This document shows positions 1-12,725 of a stretch of DNA of 64,000 nucleotides, in pieces; positions within the stretch are counted from its first letter, which is position 1; each line of letters begins with the position of its first letter. Under the pieces are notes generated by a model. That model made no database searches. It was not told the origin of the DNA and was given only the letters and a program-made list of their open reading frames with translations. The stretch is taken from positions 9,734,001 to 9,798,000 of the forward strand of contig NW_024704759.1 of the NCBI RefSeq assembly GCF_018977255.1, given 5' to 3'. Source of the stretch: Callorhinchus milii. Its lineage: Eukaryota. Both the position numbers and the translations under genes were made by a program.

Positions 1-21
1 ATAGTTGTGTTAAAAACAAAT

Positions 22-391
22 ATGATAATAATGATCCTTGCATTTGATACAGCGCCTTATCACGTCTTCGAGACGTCTCAAAGCGCTTCACAGAATATAC
101 TGTAAAGTGAATTGACTGTATATTTGTGGGCGAAATGGGGCAGTCAATTGCGCACAGCAGCGTCCCACAAACAGTCGTGGATTGAGTGACCAAATTATAA
201 TTTTTTTGTGAAGGAATTATCGCCCCCGGAAAAGCGATCTGACAATCGACGTTAACAACCGGGTTTCTACTTACTGCTAGGTAAACAGAGGAGTGTGGAT
301 TAAGGAAACCTGCCCAACATTTTGCCCTGCCAGGAACAAACCCAGGTCTCTCACTTGTGAGGCTAGTGCTCTAACCACTGAGCTACAGGAC
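22..391 (-). mobile_element. Full-length tRNA-derived Deu-domain SINE, long subfamily
   Basis: tRNA head gtcctgtagctcagtggttagagcac with B-box, Deu-like core (tgggacgctgctgtgcgcaattg), LINE-type tail (aaggcgctgtatcaaatgcaag) and (ATT)n end. Confidence 0.9.
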
Positions 392-469
392 TAATACGAT
401 GCTACAATGCTATTTTTTTTACTGATTTTTTTCCTCTACTCCTAACTCTTACTCGGGTATGTTTCTGAG

Positions 470-780
470 GGTACCTCGTCCAAGTGTCTATTCTTAATGT
501 GTTAGGCTAGAAGGTGACGGCAGCCTATTCAACCATGAAGGGCATCGCAGTCCAAGCTGATTCTGTTCTCACCCACAGTCCACTTTCGTGAACTTACCGA
601 CAAGTCTCACTGGAGACTGTTGTATCAGGAGCAGGAATACTAACAGAGTTTCCCCCTCCCTAATCCAAGGGCACTGAGATCAGCTGTAGGCACCACAACC
701 AATGCCCTGGTTTAAGATAAACTAGCTCAGCACAAACCGGGGAAGTAACCAGGACCTGATGGTCTTTCTGGCCCGGTGGC
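470..780 (-). mobile_element. AmnSINE2-like ancient tRNA SINE relic
   Basis: ccaagtgtctattcttaatgtg...atcaggagcaggaa...cccctccctaatccaagggcactgag...ctagctcagcacaaaccgggg. Family name assigned from my memory of the consensus. Confidence 0.6.
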
Positions 781-1395
781 ATAAACTGGGAGATCGATAA
801 GGAGCTGGTAAAGTTCACTTTATACAGACCAAGTATGGATTAGATCAATCGATTTCCATTCACTTATAGTGAAGGGATTGTAGTGAGTATTGTCGATTTT
901 AAAATGTAAGATTTTTAAATGAGAGCTTTTTAATATCGAACTGGCTTTTAAATTTGTACTTGATGACATATGATCCGCTGCGAACAATGGGAGTCTCAAC
1001 TACTGTCGTGGAAAACGTGTAGAGTTTTGCGAAGGACTGAGAATTGTGTTTGACATTTGTCGCTACTGGTTTCAGAATGCTGCTATTTGTGTGGCTCAGT
1101 TATGTGGCTCTGTGTTTAAAGCTTCACATTTTTTAAACCTGATTCATAGTAAATACAAGAAGAGGGAGTATGAAGTCTATCAATTTCGTGGCCAGGCTCG
1201 CTCCTAAAGTATGTAAATAGTGAGTGACTCCAACACCTAACTTTCAAACATTATTGTGGGTGAGGATAAGGTCAAGCTGAAAACTTGGCAATTGTGCTAA
1301 AAGGCAAGATCCCGTCTCTCCTCTCATGGTTCAGGTGTTAAAGATCCTGTACGTCTATTTTGAGGAAAAACAAGCAAATCATGACAAAATATATT

Positions 1396-1510
1396 TTGCC
1401 CACAAAATATACAGTCAATTCACTTTACAGTATATTCCGTGAAGTGCCGTGAAATGTCTCGATGACGTGATAAGGCGCTATATCAAATGCAAGGATTATT
1501 AATAATTATT
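1396..1510 (+). mobile_element. SINE 3' fragment; similar fragments at about 1669-1738(-), 3119-3200(+), 14953-15050(-), 17921-18025(-), 22480-22566(+), 23270-23432(-), 25321-25407(-), 32030-32152(+), 35801-35912(+), 38457-38509(+), 49022-49190(-)
   Basis: Shared tail motif gataaggcgctatatcaaatgcaaggattatt. Confidence 0.8.
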
Positions 1511-3721
1511 GTGACCAATATTCCTCCCTTGTTCAATTTGCCAAAACAAAATTTAATTTGTGTGTTCATCTCATTTCTATTCATGGGGCACTGCGGGCAA
1601 GGATAAGCTGCCGTGCAATTCCTAAGTTATATCAAGTTATTACACACACTTTAAAGTAAGTCATTATATAATAATAACAACCCTTGCGTTTGATATAACG
1701 CTTTATCATGTCGAAACGTCTGAAGCAACGGCACAAAATTACATTTGTATAGTACCTTTCAAGTCGGGAGAATATCCCGAGATGCTGAAAGCACTTTGCA
1801 GAGTTTTCTGTGATGTCTAGTGGCTGTATTTGTAGATGTACAGGAAGCGCTTTGAGATGTTTCAAAGTGAAGATGTTGAAGGTGAATGTATCTAGTTGCA
1901 TATTTTCTTGTGCTGTAAATGTTCCACAATGTTTTCAGTCATGCTTTAGAATGTATTTCAGAATGATGCTGCTCGCTCAGGCAATCAATATGAAATGAGC
2001 CTTGGCATCATTGGGAAAAAACCTGGTTGTTTCACTTTTGTTATATAAAATAAAAGCTGCAAGGCAATGTCTTCCAGGTAGTTAAACATTTGCTCTCGAG
2101 TGGGGGAGGGGAGCTATCTCAAGCCCTCCCTTTGAATAGGTTGGGGAAAACAACTGCTATGCATTTAGAAATACTTCCACATGAAAGATAGCTTGGTGTA
2201 TGCATTTGCATAGACTTCTGTCTCACTGCCGGCTTTGACACACATTGCTGGCTTTGACACCCACCTTTCTTTAATCAGACAGTTTTGAGTTACGTTTTTA
2301 ACCCTGAGGGAAACCCTCCCTCACCATCCTAAAGAAAGACTGACTTTCTGGGTCGCTCGCTTTATTGCAGTGAAGTAATTCCATGTTAGTTCGAAATATC
2401 TGTGGAATTTGCAAAGCCGAGATTTTCTTTTTAAAATAAATTTGAAGTGTTGGGGCTGTGGTGTGGATAAGGTGTTTGTTGTGTGTGTTTGTTGGGTAAC
2501 AGTAAATTGCATGATATTGGAGCCAAACAAAAACAAGACTGACGAGTTTTGACCTAATTTTTGTTTTTGTTCTCTTGTTAGTTTTTACAGCTGCTTGGCT
2601 GAGATGGAATTTACTGAGAGGACAGGTCTGGTTTTGCCATTTCTTATCACACTGTCCTGATTACAATTACACATAGTTCTGAATAGCAGCCTAGACTTTC
2701 CAGTACTCCAGAAGCACAAACAAAAACCAGCTTAAATTGTTCTCGGGTGAGAAACAGCAGGCAAGCAAGTACCTACCACATGAGCCTTGTTGTTTTGTGC
2801 GGTATTCTTTTGCTTCAGGTTCTGTCTCACAACGACAGCTATAAACTCAATTCTGGTCTAAAAGCTTCTACTGTTGTCAAAAATGGAGTCTGGATTTACC
2901 GGCCCAATGATTTCCCCCCCCCCAAAAAAAACCATCATTCCAAACGTCAAAATACAGGTATATTCCAGTCGCGTTTAGCGATCGGTTCAAATAGAGAACG
3001 GCAGTCACCACCTTCTCCGGGCGAGTAGGGATGAGCATTAAGTATTGGCCTAGCCAGGGTTACTTACATCTTGTGATAAAAAAAAGTTGACTTTTGAACA
3101 AAATATGTGTTCAGATTTTCGTTTCACCCACAAAATACAGTCACACTATTTTAAAGTATAACCTGTGAAGACATCCCGATGATATTATTATTATTATTGT
3201 TGTAAATTGCTGCACTTCAATTGATTGTCCAGCGCCTTGGGACATCCTCCCGACGTGAAATGTACGAACGTAATTTTGTTGTGGTTAAATTACACTTGCG
3301 TTTTGATATTGATATTTGATATTTGCATTTTGAAGGGATTTTACAATACAACTGATACTACTTGAATTAAGGCGCCGTTTCATCTGTGTTATAAATTGGC
3401 GCAGTTTTCACCCTCGGAGGATGCACATTGTTTACGATTCTAAGCCAACTTTCGCACGCCGAGATGAGATGGGCTGCAGGTATGTTTGCTTAGATGTGTG
3501 TCGCTCTATAGTGCACGTGATGCATTGACTCTCGTTAACTCCTGACAGCATTTCTTGCAGGTTTTTTTATTACGCAGGCACCCGGTTCGACTCAGTGCCT
3601 GCAGTGGAGGAGTCCTAGGTGGCTGCCTACAGTTGCACATCTGGACTCGCACCTTGTGCGCTAACACGTGGGACTAGAGTTGCATTAAACCCAGGTGGAG
3701 AGCTGGTTAATTTTAACATTA

Positions 3722-4056
3722 TTATAATAATAATAATCCTTACATTTGATACAGCGCCTTATCACGTCTTTGAGATGTCTCAAACAAAGCGCTTCACACA
3801 ATATACTGTGAATTGAATTGACCGTATATTTTGTGGGCGAAACGTGGCAGCCAATTGCACACAGCTGTGAACCACAAGCAGTTGTAGATTCAGTGACCTA
3901 AATTATTATTTTTTATTGTTATTACTCCCAGAAAAGCAATCGGCCAATCGACTAACAACCAGGTAAATTTGCTTAATGTTTCGCCCCGGCCAGGAATCGA
4001 ACCCAGGTCCTCTCGCTTGCAAGGCAAGTGCTCGAACCAATACGCCACAGGACTCC
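3722..4056 (-). mobile_element. tRNA-Deu SINE, near full length
   Basis: Head with ggttcgattcctgg B-box; same core and tail as 22-391. Confidence 0.9.
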
Positions 4057-4638
4057 ACATTAGTAAAGAACTAACCACCAGAAACCTTAAGGGCAGATCT
4101 GAGGACCTCCCCAGAAGAACTTTTTAAACCTGAAAATTTTGATTTAAACGTTGTGTGCACTCCAGTCGCACTTTAGTCAGTGTTACACCACGGTGCGAGG
4201 CAGTGAGCTCTGGCCCCAAGGTGATCTCTCAGCGCTTGTTTAAATTGGGCACATACTGCAGAGTTTGCATCAGTCTGATGTGAATATCATATTGAATCAG
4301 TGCATAGCGTGTACAATAATTAGTCTCTAAGCATTCAGAGCAACCACCTCCTGTTGTGAAACCACTGTGCTTGTACACTGGAGGTCTGTTTAGCAAATAG
4401 CAGGAAACTAAAAACATTTCTATTGTGTGTGTGTGTTTTTTTAAAAAAGAAATGCTGCCAGTTTCCGTGCCTCTTGTCCTCACATAACAGCGCTGCCCAC
4501 TCCCCTCTCAGTACTTTCCATCGCAATTCACCCCCAAACACGATCTGTTTGATTTTTTTATATATGTGGATCTCTGAGTAGTTTAATTCAGAGACTGCAA
4601 AGGATTTCACATTGATGAATTTCTGGCTGTGTCAGACA

Positions 4639-4779
4639 CCTGGCTGACTGATTATTATTGTGAATTGCCCACGTGTGCGCAATGTGCTGAATGCACGCAC
4701 AGACTATTTTTTTAAAAAAAGGTTAAATTGAATCAGTGCAAACTTAATCGAACTTTATTCGAATAATCAGTCAGCCAGG
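4639..4779. repeat. Perfect 18-bp inverted repeat (MITE/hairpin-element-like)
   Basis: cctggctgactgattatt (4639-4656) and aataatcagtcagccagg (4762-4779). Confidence 0.85.
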
Positions 4780-5799
4780 AGTTTTATGTCCGAGAGATGA
4801 GAAACAACATCAGTGAATATACGACAACAACAGCTAACATTTGTATAGCGCCTTTCACGACAGGAGGACGTCCCAAATAAAACACAAATACAAATAAAAA
4901 CCACAGAGACAAGAGCAGGGCACAAGCAGACAGGCTGGTAATGGCCACTGTGTGTTTTTCGCTGTCATGAGTCCTGCAATGAAGCTTTTAAAAATGAACC
5001 CTAAATGTTCGGTCGACTCGGAAACGATAAAATCCTTTAGATTATTGTGAATTGACAAAACTACAAATCAGAGCCGAATCAGGCAATGCTTTTATTACCC
5101 TTTTTATGTGTAATTAGATGAAAGATAATTAATGGTGCAAGTCAGGTGACTCTAAAGTTACTGCGCCCAATATCCTATATTCCACCTAGTCTCAGCCTAT
5201 AACATGTCTTGTCTAAAAATGCCGGATTGATTAGAATTGTGGGATGTCAGTTTGGAAGCCAGTTTACTGCAGTAATTAAGAAGAACTGAATTGATGATTT
5301 TTCCACAATTCTACGCAATCCTAAGTTTGGATGCTAGTTGGGACTGTGGGCCTCTGATATGAAGAAAACAGTGTATGGTGATTTAATTTGATCAAGTTTG
5401 TTGAAGTGATTAAAGTGAGTCTCTTTGGCTAATGCAGAGTCCAAAGTACTTTCATGAGACAATGCCGTCTTTTGTTTTCTAACACAGGCGGGAAGGAAAA
5501 ATAAGTAAATCAGAAGTGAACTCTTGCTTCTTATGAGTAAACAAATAAAATCAAATATTTTCCTTTACCTTCCAACACATTTATTGTTTTACCTGAACAC
5601 AATTATCTACAATTATTTGTCATATCTAGTTGATTCCAATTTCAGTTTAGTTCTTAGATGTGCTCTATACCATTCCGGTCTGTATCTCAAGTGATACATA
5701 CTGAAATTGTACCTGGGGATACTTTTTAATGTTGCATACATTAGGAGCAAACGACATAACGGATGGTGTCAGCCTGGCTCAGGTAGGTATTCTGGAAGA

Positions 5800-6184
5800 A
5801 TGATGATGATAATAATAATAATCCTTGCATTTGACACAACGCCTTATCACATCTTTGAGACGTCTAAAAGGGCTTCACAGAATAGACTGTAAAGTGAATA
5901 GACTATTTTTTATGGTGAAATGCGGCAGCCAATTGCACACAGCAATTTCCACAAACAGTCGTGGATTGAATCAACAAATTATTATTATCTTATTACATTT
6001 TTTTTAAGGCATTATTATCCCTGGAAAAGTGATCTGCCAATCGACTAACAACCAGGTTCTTACTTACTGCTAGGTAAACAGAGGCGTGTGGAGTAAGGAA
6101 CTTGCCCAAAGTTTTGCTCTGCCCAGGAATCGAACCCAGGTCTCTCGCTTGCGAGGTGAGTGCTCTAACCACTGAGCTACAGGA
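5800..6184 (-). mobile_element. tRNA-Deu SINE, full length, long subfamily
   Basis: Same head, core and tail as 22-391. Confidence 0.9.
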
Positions 6185-8249
6185 TGAAATCAAAAAGGCC
6201 AAAGGGGATTCTTCCTCCGCACCAATTTTGTGATCTCGTGATCTGTTTAAATGCTTAAAGGATTAGGGGGATAAGGAGCCCATTTCTGATCGCGAACCAA
6301 GAACATTTGGTACCCCTCCGCACAGTGAGGGGGCCTGGAGCCCGGGCGGAGTCTGTGGTCAGGCTGGGCCCCCTCATCTCGTGCTCGCTGTCAGGTTTCC
6401 GCAGAAATGGTAATCGTCTGCCCCTTGCGAATGGGGCTAATTATTGGCTGGGGCTCCAGGGCATGTCCAGAGGACATCCTTTATACCCTGCAAAGGAGAA
6501 AAGAAGTGAATTGCCCGCTGGCAGGGGAGAGAAGAGGAGGGGGAATAGAGGGATGAAAATTATAGGAGGAAATTTGACAAGGAAAAATGGCACGGCTTAA
6601 CATCATCAAAACAGGCTTTTGATAGAGCTCTTTGAAGTGTTACTCTGTGGCACCAACGCAGAATGTTTTGTGGGAATTATGCTAAACTTTTCTGAAAGGT
6701 TGTCAAAGGTTAAATAATATAATATTTCAAAAAGGATAGTGCATCTTGGAAATCAGAGGCTCAATCTCACGGTCTGTTCCTTAAACCATTAGACGCATGT
6801 CAGTACATGATTATTTCATGATTTTTACCAGAAGAAACTGTCAACAGGATCTTGTAAACATGTGAGGTTTTGGAAATGAAAAACTCCCAATAGATATCTA
6901 AAGATTTATCAGCCAGTGAATCATATGTATTGGATTACAGTGATGTAGAATTAAGATTTAACAGTGCCTGACAACATAAGGGAACTATGATTCAACATAT
7001 AGTTACAATATCTGAAACATACTACAGTAGTTTCCCATTTGTAGAAATTTCTAATAAAATTAAATTAAATGTTTGGAAGCAACTGGATTTACATTAGATC
7101 AATGATTTTTGGTTACATCTGTTTTAACTCGTTCCTTTTCATTCTTTTTTTCTTTCTTTCGACATCTGATATTTATTTTCCTCCAGTTTCCTGTCTGAAC
7201 TAATTTGACCATCAACAAAAGTAAAAATGGCAGGAAGCAATAGTCTGTATGACACAACTGTTCCCCACAAAGTTTTTCGATTCACCTACCAGTAATTTCC
7301 TTGTCTTCTCATCCCAACAAGATAGTCCGAAAATCAATACTTCATTGCAGAGCTTGATACAAACACTGGATGAGATCAGGAGGGTTTAGTAAATAAAAGG
7401 GGAATGGCAATTTTCCACTTTGGTATGTATAAGCCAGAGAACAATCCTGCCTGCCAGAATGCTTATCATTCTCTCTCCCTTTCTTGTCTTGCTGTTTAAT
7501 CAAGATTTCTTGATGCTTTGGGAGGATAAGGGAGGCGAGCAATCAGTTCCCTGACATTAAGGCCACAAAGATGACTCTCATGTTTGAAAAAGCAGAGCAT
7601 AGAATGGATTTGGTGTGTACTGGGTTATTCAAGTTAAACAAACCCGTCTCAGTGCCTTCCTTTGTTTTTTTGAAGATTATAGTTGAATCAGATAATTGGA
7701 AAAAAGGGTTACGTTTTAGTCCTTCACTTGCATCTGCTGTTCAAAATTATTTTTATGTATGACATGAAATAAATGTTTGTGTTGTCTCAATAACTTCTTC
7801 TGAATGATGATTTTTTAAAATCTCATCAGCTATAGGTCAAAGTTTTAGTATGACCAGTTGGGTCATTTCAAGACATGAAAAAATAGCAAATTAATTGAGG
7901 CTATTACTTTTTTATATGCATTATTGCTTTGAATATGTCCAAAATACAAGCTATGAACCGATGTATATATTCAGTGATTCAAAAATCCTTCCCACTTACC
8001 TTTTCTAAAATTTTCTAAAGTAATTCCACATTTCGACATAACCCAGTACTGGACCCGTCACTCAATTTACCTTTGCATCGCACTGCTATGTTTGTCCTAA
8101 CAGGGAGACAGCTATCAAATGTGTGAGGGATCATCCAAAAATCTTCCAAGTTAAATTTAAGCAAAGTCAGACAACAGGTAATGTTCTCAAACAGTCTGCT
8201 AAGAACTCTGGAGAAAAGCAAGACTTTACGCTTATAGTCACTGTGTTCT

Positions 8250-8770
8250 TTCTGCAGGATACATATTCCTTTAGATAGGCAGGGGGGTTCGTGACTGTGG
8301 TTTGGGGTTTTCAGTGAGATGCCTTCTGAACCTGATTAACAAGAGGATTTGCTGTTTTTCGAGCTGAGTTGAAGAAGTCATTGTGATCTTCCTCGGTCAT
8401 GGGAAGGTTCATAGTTCTTTCCATGCAGAACCTTGAAATGGGAGATGTTTGTGGTGATCACATGGTTTCCTCTCTTAGCAGTAATCACTGTCCCTGTTTA
8501 CTCAATGACCTGATATGTTTGAGGTTGATAAGGTGCTGAGAGTTTGTTGTGCAGTTGTAGATTCTTTATGAGCGCAATGTCTCCTACTTTTTGAAAAGGA
8601 TCTTTGATATTCCCATATCCATCGGCATATCTTTTCATCTTCCCTTTAGCAGCTGTCTCTTGAGATGGATCTCAGGATCTCTCTCTTCCTTGGGCAAATG
8701 AGAAGTTTAATCTGTGGTGGTCTGTTGAATAACATAATTGCTGTTAGAGTTCCTCAGTCATTTATGAAAA
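8250..8770 (-). mobile_element. Degenerate Gypsy/Ty3 LTR-retrotransposon pol C-terminus (integrase tail)
   Basis: Manual translation of the minus strand gives AKGKMKRYADGYGNIKDPFQKVGDIALIKNLQLHNKLSAPYQPQTYQVIE*TGTVITAKRGNHVITTNISHFK ... PPAYLKEYV, typical of Gypsy integrase ends. Contains in-frame stops. Confidence 0.75.
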
Positions 8771-9005
8771 TAAGTAAGTCACACAGTCTTGCTTGCAAAT
8801 TTTCACTTCAGCTTGAGGGCTCCTTGATGCTCATGTGTCCCCTTCTGTTGGTGGCTCTTCTGGTTGGTTTCCTTGAGTATTATGAAGTGAGTATTGGCAA
8901 AAATCTGAAATAAAACAAACACAGAAGTGGCAAAAGATTAGCAGATTTCTCATTTAAGTGGTGTTCAATGATTTTATGTTGCAACCCTTTTTGGATGAGA
9001 AGACA

Positions 9006-9145
9006 TAATAATAATAATAATAATAATAATTATTATAATCCTTGCATTTGATATAGCTCCTTTTCATGTTTTCGAGATGTCTCAAAACACTATATACTAT
9101 AATGTGAATTAACCAAATATTTTGTAGGTGAAACCCACAAAATGA
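9006..9145 (-). mobile_element. tRNA-Deu SINE 3' fragment with long (TAA)n tail
   Basis: atccttgcatttgatatagc tail motif. Confidence 0.8.
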
Positions 9146-9357
9146 GCTAAGAATAAGCGAAGAATCCTATGGTTTTTCCTGGTTATTTACATTTTTTTGC
9201 AGGTTGCTCTCAATTGGCCCCCAAAGCAAATAAAGTCAGTTTTTGTGTTGCTCTTGGATGTGCCAAATACCAAGGCTCCATTGGCACTCCAGAACAGGCA
9301 ACCTTTTTTGGTTTGAAGGCTGCTATATAAATCCCGCGTGAAGGCCGCTATATATGT

Positions 9358-9672
9358 GGAGTCCTGCAGCTCAGCAGTTAGAGCACTTGCCTTCCAAGTG
9401 AGACACCAAGATTCAATTCCAGGCAGAGGGCGAAACCTTGGGCAAGTTTCCTTACTCCACACAGAGCCTAATAATAATCCCTCCAAAACAAAACAATAAT
9501 AAATTGATCATTTTCAATTCCGACTGTGTGTGGGATACTGCTGTGTGCAATTGGCTGCCACGTTTCACCCACAAATATACAGTCAATTCACTTTACAGCA
9601 TATTCTGTGAAGCGCTTTGAGACGTCTAGAAGACGTGAAAACGCTATATCAAATGCTAGGATTATTATAATA
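9358..9672 (+). mobile_element. tRNA-Deu SINE, short subfamily
   Basis: Head ggagtcctgcagctcagcagttagagcac; lacks the central cctctgtttacctagcagtaag segment. Confidence 0.9.
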
Positions 9673-10224
9673 TTATTAAATGCAAGCCGTTGCTCTTGAT
9701 TCAATATTTCTTGATTTATGGCAGCGATGGCCAAACTTTTGGGTTGATTTACGGCATAAATTAAGAAATATTTATTTTGTTGGCCAGCCAAAAAGGTTGA
9801 CCACGACTGCTCCAGGGATTCCAGTTATTGGGATCGCCAACGGGATTCAGACTGGATTCCTTCATCAGGAATTTGGGAATATCCAATATTTGGACTGTTT
9901 GAACTCCAATATCTGGATTATCTCACGTTGAATGTTACCAGAAGGGACGCCTTCAAGTAACTGGATGAACGTGACACCAACCCACGGGAACTCTGCCTCA
10001 AAATGAAGCTGAGTTGATGTGAGTGCGTGTGTGTTGGCATGAAGGATGCTCTTTACTCTATGCTTCTACTCTTTGTTTGACTTTCCCTTCTGCCGTATAT
10101 GTAGAGATTCTGGTCTACACCCTCTAGTGGACTGGAAGGATATTGCGCATTGGTTTCTTTTCCCAGTGTTACTGCCTCCGAAGGGTGTTGAATCTTTGCG
10201 GAGTGTTCTTGTCAGCTGCTCTCC

Positions 10225-10470
10225 AGCACAGTGGCTATTCTTCATCTTTGAACGCAGCAAGTGAATGATGGCAGGATACTCATCCCCGAGTAGTTGGAAA
10301 GGACTGAGCCTCGTATCGTCCTGATTTACGGTCCGCACATGCAAATTTCTACCCACAGAGTGACTGTTGGGTTTTTGGGGAGGGGGTTGCCCTTCATAGC
10401 CTAGAATACTGAAACCAATTGCCACATAACCACTGCTGCCCTAGCTGAGATCAGAGATAAAGCCTGTCTC
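10225..10470 (-). mobile_element. AmnSINE2-like relic; further copies at about 11750-11910(+), 13940-14200(-), 15180-15460(-), 17455-17650(+), 19465-19680(-), 20930-21130(-), 35940-36250(-), 50900-51250(+), 51650-51870(+)
   Basis: Recurring motifs agtggctattcttcat, gccaattg...actgctgccctagctgagatcag. Confidence 0.55.
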
Positions 10471-12399
10471 TGATTCAGTTTCACTACAATCCATACTTCT
10501 GACTCAGTTTCATTACAGTCAGCGGCTTTACTGACTGAGCAATTGGAGGAGCCNAAAAAAATTGTCAGCATGATATATTTATTCAACTATTAATGAAGAG
10601 GAAATTCATTTCCAACTTCAAGTGAACAATAAAATAAATGCATAAAGAATTTCCTTTGTGGGCAGCTAAGAAGGCAGCAGAATTTAAGAGCTTTGGCTTA
10701 TACATTCTTATGAGATTGACATTTTTACATTGAGCTGCACTTTGTAAGAAAAACATTTTTTGGAAACCAAAGTAAACCTCTTGTAGAACTGCTTTGCTCT
10801 TTGAAACAGGAGCAGAATATGGTCACTAATGACAATGATTATATGCCAGGCAGACAATCTAACCTCTTCAAATTAACTGTTGGTAAGTGAATCAATGTTT
10901 TGAGATATCTGAGGGTGGTCAGTGTCACCTCTAGCTAAAGTATTGAGGTCTCTTTAGGCAGCAATAGATGATTTCTCTGTTACATTTAAATGATGTATCC
11001 AGAAGTGACAGAAGATTGAACTTGATGTCCTGGAAGTTGGACATTTTTTAGCCTACAGGAAACTAGCTGGTGTACAGGAACATGGTTGCAGCTCTACAGG
11101 GCACCAACATTGCAAGTCAACCCGTGTTATAACGAAACACTTTACAATGGGGCTCTCGTGTACTAATTTCTTTTCGTTCTGACCAGCGTACAGAGGAAAC
11201 GGGAGGGAGGAGGAATTGTTTGTATACAACGTACACGTTTGATCTGTTCTAATCCATAGTGATTTATGTGCAAAATAATAACCATTGGAAATGTATCTAC
11301 ATACAATAGCTGGTATAATGATTGGGGATTTAAACCTTGCCTACCTTAGCTCCTGCTTTGACCCGAATGAATATAGGTCCCTCCAAGCACTAACACTGCC
11401 CTAATTGCATTGCTCCTAACAGCAGAGAAGCTTGTACTATTGATAACAGCTTGTACATGCCAGCACCTCTTTAAGACATGTTAGATGTCAGCGGGTGTTG
11501 TGCGATGCTGCTGACATCTCCTTATTAAAGTCTCTGCTGCTAGATTACTCCTATGGTTGATTCCAGTTTGACTTTTGATATTCACTCACATCTTATTTAA
11601 TATTCACAAAGGGGATTTGTCTGCAAATTGAAATGATTCAAGCAGCTCTTCTGCACTCTAAACCAGCCAAATTCCCAAACTCTGAGCTGTTAAGTAGAGC
11701 AGTTTCCTTATACCATACGGAGCATAACATTCCACGTTCCATTCTCAAACTATGCTGAGTTAGTTGCTCTTAGTTCAGGAAGTTACATTGGACTTCAGTC
11801 CCTGGGCTAAGGGGGTTGGAGGGGACAAGGAAACCAAAGCACCACCTCATGATCACTGCTGCAAAATATACATGGGTGGTCATCAGATGAGGAAGGGTTG
11901 GCCTGAACTCGTCAACTGGAGGAGATTCCAAAAGGTGGACAGCACCTGAGAAACCCTGTTGAAGTTTGAATCAACACCATGAGACTCCTACGAAGAACGG
12001 GATTCTGGCAAAGAACCAGACCGATAGTGGCACTTGGAGAATAATACCCCAGAGCGAGCACGAGTCTGAGGACAGGAGGTGTAAAGTCAGAAAATCATGG
12101 GGGAAAACTGGAGGGGAAAAAACAGGAAGAAGAACAAGTGGCAATATGTGGCATTCCCTTAGCTCAGAAATTGAACATCAATCCATTCAATCCCTACTTT
12201 CAAACAAAAAGGATGCACAGTTTAATTGTTTACTCCTTTGGTTTGAAAATATGAGTCAAAAGGCTTACTGAAGTGGGAGCATGAAAGGTTTGACGCGTTG
12301 TATCCGGCAGTATTGATCCTCAGTATGAAAACGAAAGAGTAGGATAACTGAAAATGATTTGGGAATGATAACTGACAACTCATTGATACTATCACTGAG

Positions 12400-12725
12400 A
12401 ATCTAATGAAGCAATTAAGAAAGTGAATCGAATTTCCAGGATATAATCAATATCAAACAAAAGGTACCTTGAGTAAAAGTCAAAGGAGGTTAAACTGAAT
12501 TTCAATCTGTCTAATGCATTAATAATACAATACGTTAAATATTGTATCTAATTTTAGTCTCGTATTTGTAGATAGATATAGAGATTCTGCAAAGAAAGCA
12601 AAGAAGTGCAACTGGAACAACTCCTGGGCTCAGATCCAAGAGATATAGAAATAGACAGAGGAAGTTCAAGTTATATTCTTATCAATAAAGTTAAGAGACA
12701 TGATATGTTCTTCAATATTATGAGT
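12400..12725 (+). mobile_element. Highly degenerate CR1 LINE ORF2 C-terminal remnant
   Basis: Residual similarity to the KKANR...YKS.EV.L.LY.AL...EYC.QFWSP...DI..L...QRRAT..IPGL pattern. Confidence 0.55.

Noticed and set aside
3985-4056. tRNA-like A/B-box sequences (also near 330-391, 6120-6184, 37735-37800, 46447-46512)
   Set aside because: These are SINE heads joined to the Deu core and tail; no complete cloverleaf.
6459-6481. p53-family response element (GGGCATGTCC)
   Set aside because: Only one good half-site; the second lacks the core G.
11483-11519. Hairpin agatgtcagc...gctgacatct as a possible pre-miRNA
   Set aside because: Stem too short and no recognisable mature miRNA.
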